From Octopus vulgaris (lineage: Eukaryota), in assembly GCA_951406725.2 (NCBI GenBank), contig OX597815.1:95108001-95172000 (forward strand): a stretch of 64,000 nucleotides of DNA, read 5' to 3'. Positions 53,469-64,000 of this stretch are shown here, in pieces. Position numbers and translations under genes: made by a program. How positions within the stretch are numbered: position 1 is the stretch's first letter; the number at the start of each line of letters is the position of its first letter. The notes beneath the pieces were generated by a model that made no database searches, was not told the DNA's origin, and saw only the letters and a list, made by a program, of their open reading frames with translations.

Positions 53469-54918
53469 TTAGTCTCAATGAACGAGACTAAAGGGCTAAT
53501 AATTACCTAAGGTTCTACCTCCTTTTTTTTACACACACGCACACGCGCACGCACACACTCACGAGTGTGTGTCTCTATGTCTCTTCCACACCACCGATTG
53601 GCAATTGGTGTTCGGCTTAACGGGACGATGGAATAAGTACCAGGTTTAAACAAGTCCTGGTGCTGATTCGTTTGACTAAGCCTCACCGCAGTCTGATGAC
53701 TGAAACAAGTAAAAGACAAATTATAATAGTTATAACAAAATATACTTATATACTCAAAACTAATTCTTAATAAACAAGAACCAAAATCACACACAGGCGA
53801 GTTAATGTTCAGGGTGCAGAATAGATATAAAATATCACAAGAAGTCAGACAAACTTATATCTGCTCATGATAATTAATGATTTCTATTATAGGCACAAAT
53901 CTTGAAATTTAGAGAGGGTTTATCCAGTAAAACCTGGCCTAGTAACTGACACGTACTGTATTTACTCAGCAACATACAAATGAAAGGAGAAAACGACATC
54001 AGCACGATTTAAACTTATACGCTCTAGGTATCCCATATATACTAATAACATATATTTGCTTAAAAAATTTTCGACGGGGGTGGGTTGAATAAAGGCAAAC
54101 ATAAAACACTGCCAATTAATCATCTCACGATGCTTGGAATATTTTTGCTGCCGTATTTTTGCACTGCTATCCTTTGATCTATCGAAGCGTGTAATTCAGA
54201 AATAAAAATGAAGACGCTTCATGATCAAATAGTTGTGTGGGCGAGAAATTTATTTTCCAAACTCCATAGCAACGGACTTGATTCTGCTTGTAACTAATTT
54301 GGGCTAGTGGGTTCTACTTTGGCCAGGCAGTGCAATACGGATGACTGAAAGCGTTCACAAGTTCATGTTTATATATATGTACAATGTATTATTAATAAAT
54401 TTTTGCCTCGTTTGTTAAGGGCATAACAAGCGAATATATATATATATATATAAAGAGAGAGAGAGAGGAGAGAGATGAGAGAGAAAGAGAGAAAGAAAGA
54501 GAGAGATTTATAATAGTATAAAATACAATGATAATTAAGGTCATAGAAGAGACCATTCCTATGCTGAAATTAGACATTAAATCGTCAAACCAGTTAAAAA
54601 TGATAAGTTTTGTAGTACACAACTTGTTGAAATCGACGGAGTAGGCTCACAGCAATTCATAAAATATTTAACCTTGGATTCATCAATTTCTGGATTAACA
54701 TTTCCTTATCAGCAAGGCATACTTAGAGAAATAAATGACATTTATTCTTACCCACAGGAAAGCAAACGCAGCAACGGTTACATACAAATACCACAAATAC
54801 AACCGCTTCGAATATTGTAGTCTACCTCAGCACTTGTATATATGGTGAAAGTTGTACAGAAGTGACTAAACTGTGTCGAAGTGAATGGAAACATATTTTC
54901 TGTTATAATAATAATTAA

Positions 54919-54972
<54 letters not shown>

Positions 54973-55039
54973 GGTGCGTAAGATATTTGAGGACAGAATT
55001 ATGCTGATAAAAACAGATATATGATAACAGATAACTTTA

Positions 55040-55850
55040 TCAAAAGATGCTATGAGGATAAAAATAAATCTTCTTTTCTATGTTATTCAATAAAGCCACC
55101 TTCAGCTTCAACAACTGCTTCTGTGTGAGATCTAAATCATGTACATGCTCGAATCAACTGGTCCTGGTTCATTTTGGACATTACTCTATGGCAGTTTTCA
55201 AAGTATCTTTGGTGTTATGGCTCATTGACCTGTCTCTCAACAACTCTCCACATATAATATTCCAATGGATTGAGATCTGGGGAATTAGGAGGCCAAATGA
55301 TATGGGTTATGTGATCATGAAAATGTTCAGTCATCCATTCCTGTGTTACTAGAGCCATGTGTGATACTGCAGAGTCTTATTGAAGCACACATGGCCTTCC
55401 ATTACATACACTCTCTATCCAGAGCTTAACAATTATTTCCAGGACCTCAAAGTAGGCGGCCTGAGTTAAATCTAAGGCCTTGTGGAAAAAAAGTAAGGAG
55501 GCATCACATGTCTTCTATTGCTGACAACCCCTAAAACCATGACAGTTGCAAGAAGTTTTGTATGCATAACACTTGTAACTTGAGAAGGATCTGCACATAA
55601 CCATCTGCCATTTTTCTGTTAACACTCAAATCAAATGTTCTGTTGGATTTTTCAGTTTGTTTTAGAGACTTTTAGATCTGATGTAGTGATTTTCTTTTGC
55701 TTTTACTGACAAGTTGACGTTTCTCATCATATAAAACATATCTGATATCTTCGAGGAAAACATTTCTGACTATTACTTCTGACAATGGAGATGTTTTGCA
55801 ATTGACCCCATGGACTTTCTGAGATCGTAATCCATGGTCTGTTGAACTTG
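55040..55850 (-). pseudogene. Decayed Tc1/mariner-superfamily transposase (37-residue catalytic spacing)
   Basis: Q*DSAVSHMALVTQEWMTEHFHDHITHIIWPPNSPDLNPLEYYMW. Confidence 0.85.
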
Positions 55851-56460
55851 ATGGATAAACATAAAAATAAGCGACAATGTATCAAGTAGTAATGCAGTAC
55901 ACCGTTTCAAGTGGTTTCATTTAAATAAGCAATGCAATCATTACATCAGTTTGAATGCAGTGTCATCTTCAGCTGCACAAATAAATGAATAGAGGTTTTA
56001 CCAGTCGGACGCATTAATATGACTTTTCTCAAATACTTTAACATAGTAAGAATATGGAAGAAATTCATATTGTCGTTCTTGTAGCTAAGAATAGACTACA
56101 CTTCCAAAAATCACATAAAGCCCATTCGGGTGATAGCTTGTAAAGGTTTGTAATTCATTATTAATTCATTTAAGGAAGAGATAAAGGTAGCCTGAAAAGA
56201 GGGGTCGTATGTATGGACGTAGTTGAAGGAATTCAGACCGAAGAGATTATAGGTGCTGCTGTATATATGATTTTATACTTTCTAGGGAGTATATAATTTA
56301 GTTGAGAGGAGACTAACTTACATAAAATCATTACAAATATACATAATTTGATCAGTAGGGTAAAACATCATAGAAATGAAAATAGTGTAATCACCAAAAT
56401 GGTATGAAATCAGACGAACTAGAAAGAAGTTATTGTATGTATATATATATATATATATAC

Positions 56461-56620
56461 GGATAATTCACAAAAGAACAAAAGACGAAGACAGGTGGTG
56501 TAGACAACAAACAGATGTATTAGAATAACCCTCGGGAAGTGAAAAAGTCTTTAACGTTTCGAGCCTACGCTCTTCCACAGAAAGGAACACAGAAAGAAAC
56601 AAGGAGAGAAAATAAAGAAT
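56461..56620 (-). mobile_element. Family A hammerhead-bearing repeat (motif 56549-56584), 3' end abutting (TA)n
   Basis: Reverse complement of 140-293; stem I CUUU/AAAG is perfect. Confidence 0.65.
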
Positions 56621-57074
56621 GTATAGTGGCTAGGGATCTATCATATCTGTCTTTAAATATGTATACACACACATATGTATGAAAATATAAATGGGGATAG
56701 CAACGTCAAACTCACCCATCCACCAAATGTCACACAGAGAAGGTTTAGTGAAATTGTAGCAAAGTAAATGTAGCAAAGTAAATGGCGGTGACCCGGCACG
56801 ACCGCAGTCCTTTGTAATAAAATTATTGAGTATTAATTGAAACGGCTGTAAGAAGCGAAGGTACCCAATTTGTTAATAATAAAGAATTATTAACTTCCTC
56901 ATCTCCATTTTCTTTTCTTCTTTTAAGTGGATATAAACTATATGATTAATATGTATCTATTGTTTTAACTGAATTTCGTTCCTCAAAATACTACGTATTG
57001 AACCAGTATTTCCTTGGATACAATCAACTCTTCACAAGGTTAACATATACTCGAAATAAATAAATAAATAAATA

Positions 57075-57115
<41 letters not shown>

Positions 57116-57157
57116 TTCATTGAGCCATGAATCTATCAATCAGTTGATCTATGTATG

Positions 57158-57211
<54 letters not shown>

Positions 57212-57266
57212 ATGTATGTGTATAGACATATATGCGTATAGACAAGTATATATATATATATGTATA

Positions 57267-57305
<39 letters not shown>

Positions 57306-59984
57306 TACAAACATACACACATACGCACACTCGCGCGGACACACTCATATATGCACACACATGAAAAATGGAGTGAAGCGAAATAGTTCACTTCTAGAAT
57401 CTTAGTTGTGCATGTATGAGGTCAAAATATGTTACATTCATCATTACTCTAATAGCTCTCTGTTTACTGGCCCTGCGAATTTATCATTCTGTGTAGGATA
57501 TAAATTGTAAAATGGAAATATATTTTCGCGTTTGTCTCCATGCTTACGAAATATGGGCTGAAAGCACGCATATAATCAATAAGTATATCATTCGTTTTCT
57601 TTTTTCTTCCCTTTTTCCATCTGAAATCTTCAACCTCTCTGCCTAGCGAATGAATGCTCCTTATTCTTAAGTTTCTCTTCAATAGTTACTGGGCAGTGAC
57701 GTGAAATTGAAACACATACAGGGAGAGAAGAAGTGACCATTCGTATGGATACTATCCTTACAGTAACATCAGAAATATTTCTACTTTTCAGAATTGTTTT
57801 TCTTTTACAGCTACTTGTTTAGAAAGAGTATAAGTGAAAATATATATGTAGGTATGCGCATAAATGAATGTTAACATGTATATACAGACAAAAAGACAGA
57901 CACAAGCAGACAGGCAAACACACACACAAACACACACATACACACACATGTTCTCCTGAAAAATCTATGACACAGATGTCTTTGTAAGTACTATTGGATT
58001 AGTACAATGTGGAATCTTTTCAATCAGCGTTGTCCAAATGCTGCCAGTATCACAGGTCCCTCACTGTTACCTCAATGTCATATGTTCCGTACAAAACTTG
58101 AATTTACATCAAATAAATAAACTATATCACAATACAACCTTTTCTCTTAACCGGTCCTCCTTTATTGAATATTCATTCTAACGAAATACTGAATGATTAT
58201 TATCGAAATATATTATTACAAATAGTTCATAATTCGGCGATTGAACAGAAGAAAATTTTAAAAAGCATATTGTTTTTACCGATTGTAATACAGTATACTG
58301 TTCTATACACCATTTACAATAGAATAGGTAAACCGTGTTTTTATCGTTTTTGTAAATTTATATTTTTGTAAATTATCTTCAACTCACGAATTTTACATTT
58401 CGTATTATGATTTCCCCTATTTTCTGTCTAATGTCGTTGTAACTCATAATAAATCGAATTATATATCCAATATTACAACAGACTTTCATTCAAAGTTGAA
58501 ACTCTTAAAACAATAATAACAATAAAATATTTAATATATAATTTTTGTACGAATTAAAAAGTTCTGACACGCACGATCAATGTCAGAAAATAGATGAAAT
58601 GGAACACTTGGATCATACCATTATATGAGGCTCTGAGAAAGACATACCTTTCCTCACAACTTATTTACATTCAAACGCTTGTCAAATATATCTTCATATT
58701 TGATTAAAGTTCTTTCTCCAACAGCATAAGTTCCCTCTATATTTGCTAGTCCGGCTCTCGTGTAGAAGAGAGATTCACATGATTATGTTACTTCATAATT
58801 ATGTGTAATTGTCACTTCGTACCGACTAAATAGAATCCCGCATAAAAATTCAACAGAAGATAAGTCATAATCCCTGCAGCATTTAAGGGTATTTCTATAG
58901 AGAAATTCTGTTGGGATGCAGATCCCTTTAGCCAAAAGTTTGTTTGTTATACAATGACTCGAATGGATGAGCTTTATGTTTATTTCTTCGAGTCAAATTG
59001 TAGGTCAAATTATAGTTGCTATACGTTTGCTTAAAGGTAGGATGTTAAAAATCAAGTTGTTTCTCTTCTAGAAAATCTCGCTTCACTCATTTTGTCTTAT
59101 TAAAATCTCATATAAGACTTCAGATACCAGTTACTAAACAATATTCTATAGAGTTACTCAATATTTGACGTTCTAAATTTTATATCGCTTCCTTATCTTA
59201 TGAAGCGACTAATCTTATTATTAATGAACATGTAGTAAAAGTGATTTCCAATTGATAAGCACTTGATATGATGCTGTTCTAATTCAACTAAGTAATACAA
59301 CAGGCAAACAAAATCTAATTAATATCCAAACCAGGAATATTCCGTGTTGCGAAAAATACATTTGAAGTTATATAAGTTTAAAACAATCTATTATTTAATC
59401 TCTGATAAGGTGATCGAACGTGTGAATTTTATCATGGATAAGACATGTTCGTACTTAAGTCGATGATTATCGTTCACAAAACCTATAGTCTGGTACTGTT
59501 TTAGAATAGAGAATTATAAAATAATGCAATAAGGAGTTATAAAATTAAAGTGAACTATCTGAAAGAATGCTTCCTATGAATACACTACTATTATATGAAG
59601 ACTCTGATATTATATTCAGTGAATAGTTTTAAGAAAACACGCAACCATATGATTTACACATAATAAACAAGGCAAACATACTATGCTATACAGCAGGTTC
59701 TGTTTAAAAATTTCATCGTGTACGATTTGAAGCAAATTATAACATGGAATAAAAAAAATGTGTTTAAAGGTTCACTTCGCAACAACATACTTCTGGAGTT
59801 AGTTCCAACGCAAGGTTCCATGAAACTCTTATGAATAGTTTTAAAAGAATGTGTAGTCAATGCAATTATGTCTATGTATGCAGCTGCTGTCACCACCTAA
59901 CAATATCTCCCATGTCAAAAGAACTTTTAAATTCACCAGCGTACTCATACAAAGAAACACAAGTACACACACATACACCTGCAT

Positions 59985-60650
59985 ACAGATACCAAATATC
60001 TGATGCACAAAATGGACAGGGGTTCAAGAAATACAGTAAAATGTGACAACCCATGCAGACTTTGTAGAGCAAACACCGGAGATATCACCCACATCATAAG
60101 CAATTGTCCGAAAATATCATCACGGTATTATCTACCGTTGAGACATCATTATGTAGCGAGGACACTGTTTGATGAAATTCGTCGGAAGGATAATCTCAAG
60201 GACAAAGAAATAAGAACGCACACTAAGATAGAAGCCATAGACACTCATAATAAAAAGGAGTACTGGTGGAATGCCCCAGTGAAAACTTCAGTAAAATGTA
60301 AACACAATAGACTTGATATGAGGGTTTGGGATACAGAAGAGAAACTGTGTATAGTGTGGAAACCAGTTTCCCAGCGAATGTTAAGATAAAGTTTAAGATC
60401 AGAAAAAAAAAGAGAACACAATTGAGAAATCTGAACTATTGAAAAATCTGCAATTACTCTATACAGATTACAAGTTTAGATTTATATCTATAATTATTGG
60501 GGCACTGGGATTTGTAACACATAAATACCAACCTTGAGAATTTAGGCTTCTCAAAAGCAGAAAGGAGAAAGCTGATTCAAAGACTACAGATCTAAGATAT
60601 CGCTGGAACTGTAAAATCTGTAAAACATTCCAGAAGCTTATCATTTAAAT
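59985..60650 (+). mobile_element. RLE-type LINE 3' fragment (CCHC knuckle plus RLE), same family as 10154-10480
   Basis: CRLCRANTGDITHIISNCP..RHHYVA..KEYWWN..KHNRLD..WDTEEKLC..IIIGALG. Confidence 0.85.
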
Positions 60651-60836
60651 ATACTAGATCATATACTAGATATGCAATTTGTTTGCATAAGAAGGTATAC
60701 GTAAAAAAAAACGTGCGAAAACACCCCGTTGATGTTGTTGAAATTCCAAAGAAGGAGAGTTGGATCCAGAAACTCGCTCTTTCTCTATTGACAAGAAATC
60801 TTGAAATAAAACTGAATAATGATATATCTCTACGTT

Positions 60837-60884
<48 letters not shown>

Positions 60885-60893
60885 ATATATATA

Positions 60894-60944
<51 letters not shown>

Positions 60945-61215
60945 CAATATCATGGTATATATGTGTGTATGGATGTACGTGTGTTATTGTATGTATATAT
61001 ATATATATATATATATATGTTTTGATTTGATTTGAATACCCCACTAGAATGGGAGAAAGCGCTAATGATCTAATTGATATGATATATATATATAAAAATG
61101 TAATATATAAATAAATATCTGTAAATATAAATCATCCGATCTTCTGATTAGCTCATTTCTTCTAATATATAATACCTGTACATCATCTCCAAACCTTCCA
61201 ATATATATATTTGCA

Positions 61216-62626
61216 GGGTCACTGTCTCCATTGTTGGCCCTCTAATTGATGAAACTGGCACTCTCCAAGATAATGCCAAATCCATGGCCGAGATACTGCA
61301 GAAACAATACTGCTCTGTTTTCAGCAATCCTGATATGGCCGATCTGGGCTGTATCAGTGATGTCAACCCCCAACACACTATATCGGACATAACGTTTAGT
61401 TCCCCTGATGTCTTAGCGGCGATAAACGAAATAAAACACAATTCAGCAGTAGGCCCCGACAGGTTCCCTGCTTGTGTCCTGAAGATGTGTCGACACCAAC
61501 TTGCATCTCCCCTTGCTAATCTGTGGAGAAACTCACTGGATGCTGGCTATATTCCAAAAAACCTTCTGTCCTAGTCTGTTGTCCCAGTTTTCAAAAAGGG
61601 AAACAAGTCCCTTGCAGTGAACTACCGTCCGATCTCACTCACCTCTCATATCATCAAGGTATTTGAGAGGGTGGTGAGATCTCGAATAACCCAATTTCTG
61701 GAAAGCAACAGACGGCTGATCTCTAACCAACATGGGTTCCGTAATGGAAGGGACTGCCTAGCGCAGCTCCTGCATCACTTTGATGACATTTTGAGAGCTT
61801 TCGGAGAGGGCTCCAACACCGATGTCATCTACCTTGACTTCAGTAAGACCTTCGACAGGGTCGATCACAAGATCCTATTGAAAAAACCATCCAACATTGG
61901 TGTCTCTGGAAAGTTACTGAAATGGATCAAGTGTTTCCTGACAGACAGATCTCAACATGTTGTAGTTGAAGGGGTAAAATCAAGCCCAGCCAAAGTCAGT
62001 AGTGGCGTTCCGCAAGGCACTGTGCTGGGCCCACTTCTTTTCATCATCTACATTAATGACATTAATGACATCATCAAGCACAGCAACATAAAAATCTTTG
62101 CAGATGATTCCAAGCTACAGAATGTCATAAATGAGGCGAGTGACCGGACATGCCTTCAGTCAGATCTACTGGCTGTTATCCAATGGGCAGAAAAAAACAA
62201 TATGCTGCTGAACGAGGATAAATTTGAGTTAATCCACTTTGGAAAAGAGGATGCCCTGAAACTCCCATACTCCCTTCCTTCAGGTGAAACTCACGCGGCG
62301 TCCAAGAACATCAGAGACTTGGGAGTAATTGTGGACAACAACATTAGCTGGGCCACTCATATAAACACCAAAGTTGACATGGCCCGCAGAATGTGTTCCT
62401 GGATTCTCAGAACTTTCCAGTCGAGAGATTTCCACACCATTATCCTTCTGTTCTCCACTTTTGCCCGACCCCACCTTGAATTCTGTTGTCCACTGTGGTC
62501 TCCCCACACAATACAAAGTATCATAAAAGTTGAAGCACCTCAAAGGGCAATCACAAAAAAGATAGATGGCATGACAGGCCTCGACTATTGGGGTCGACTA
62601 GAAAAGCTAAAACTTTATTCTCTCTA
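61216..62626 (+). mobile_element. CR1-group LINE reverse transcriptase region, truncated at both ends, one in-frame stop (61572-61574)
   Basis: GPD..VPVFKKG..NYRPISLTS..QHGFR..YLDFSKTFDRVDH..SGVPQGTVLGPLLF..FADD..DLGV..RPHLEF..LKLYSL. Confidence 0.93.
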
Positions 62627-62649
62627 CATCAAAGTTAATATAAATCAAA

Positions 62650-62707
<58 letters not shown>

Positions 62708-62964
62708 ATGGTTACCGTATACATTTATATGTATATTTTATATCTATGGAAGAGTATGCTATAACTTTATAATAAAATAGAAATAAAGAAAAATGCGTAC
62801 TATTTTATATGTAGTAGATTATAATAATACGATGAAATACATAACAGTTGCTACAATTATATAAGCAGCTACTTGTTTTAGATTTCTGTCTTTTGATCTC
62901 TCCAGAAATAAAAGACTGAGTTTAATACTGAAGAAATCACAAGACCGAGATCTAATGCAATAAC

Positions 62965-62999
<35 letters not shown>

Positions 63000-63579
63000 T
63001 TTATCCTCTCACGCATATTCGTACACATTATACATCCGTATACATACATGCATACCTATTTGTATAGTTGTGTGTGTGCGTGTGTCTGTGTCTGTGTTTG
63101 TGCGTGCGTGTGTATGTGTAAAATTAGTTGGTCTGACTTGAAAAATGCGTTTGGGGACTTAAAAAGAATTGTAGATTGTAATTTTTAACGTTTTTCATTT
63201 ATTAGAATACCGTACCAGTGTCAACATTTTAAAATGCTTTATAAAAATAAAGAAAATGGCGTGACATTACAATAAAGAGAATGCAAAAGAAACGATTCTT
63301 ATCGATAAAACATACTCAAAAAGTAGATGCAGGATATCTTTCATAAAAAAAATCAAATGATTGATAAATTTTAATGCAATAATACACAATAACAGTTTAA
63401 ACGTTCAATAAGTTTCATAACAATGAATTATGTTAGCAATTAGGTATAAATATTTGAGAGTATAAGAAAAAATTCTTTTATAAGTTCTGTCCTGTTGTGT
63501 TTTCTGTTGGAATTGTTCATCGCTTGCTTTACTCATTCCAATGTGAAATGTGATTTACTTTTAAATTTATTTTAAATTT

Positions 63580-63776
63580 TGGCAAAAGTTTAGCAATCTC
63601 GAGAGAGGGATTATGCCGATAAAATCGACCCCAGTGCTCGTCTGGTACTTGTCTTAACGACCCCAAACGGATGAAAGATAAAGTCGACCTCGGCGGAATT
63701 TGAACTCAAAACTAACATTCGAAATGCTGATAAGCATTTTATCCGGCGAGCGAACGTTTCTGTCAGCTCACCGCCT
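63580..63776 (-). mobile_element. SINE family 1
   Basis: AAAGTCGACCTCGGCGGAATTTGAACTC..CGTTTCTG.CAGCTCACCGCC. Confidence 0.85.
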
Positions 63777-64000
63777 TTGTTCTGAACAATACGTTATGTG
63801 TAGATTTTAAGACAGGTTAAAGTTCTGGTTGACTACGTACTAAAAATTATCTTTTCTTTATGCTCGCCTATGACGCAGCTAGCTGCTCGATTGGCTGGCT
63901 GCTCGGTGAGACGTTTGTTAAAAGAAAGAAATAGCTTTCGTCCCTTGTTTTTGTTAACAGTGGTCAAGTGTTGTTTTTGGCTGACGTCTTCGTTTACCAT

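Noticed and set aside
58650-58990. Minus-strand frame of about 110 codons with one internal stop
   Set aside because: No recognisable domain or convincing exon boundaries

Overview
AT-rich eukaryotic genomic DNA dense in microsatellites. The tRNA-derived SINE families and compound (TA)/(TG)/(TATC)/(TAA) tracts resemble those of an octopus genome (inference, not verified). No intact, recognisable host protein-coding gene, rRNA, true tRNA or CRISPR array is present, and almost all ORF-track entries are translations of microsatellites. Most of the window is decayed mobile elements: L1/Tx1, CR1-group and R4/Dong-type (RLE) LINE fragments, Penelope-like remnants, two SINE families, Helitrons, a Gypsy 3' end, a solo LTR with TSD, and hAT and Tc1/mariner transposase relics. 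The most notable signals are: (i) several minimal hammerhead-ribozyme-like motifs with covarying stems in short repeats that mostly abut (TA)n, plus a canonical-core hammerhead in a Penelope remnant; (ii) an ORF1-only (HAL1-like) retroelement; (iii) two CR1 pieces 39 kb apart, in opposite orientation, whose broken ends join in frame; (iv) a tentative chain of phase-compatible minus-strand exons; (v) several long inverted repeats. Coordinates were read by eye and element boundaries are approximate.
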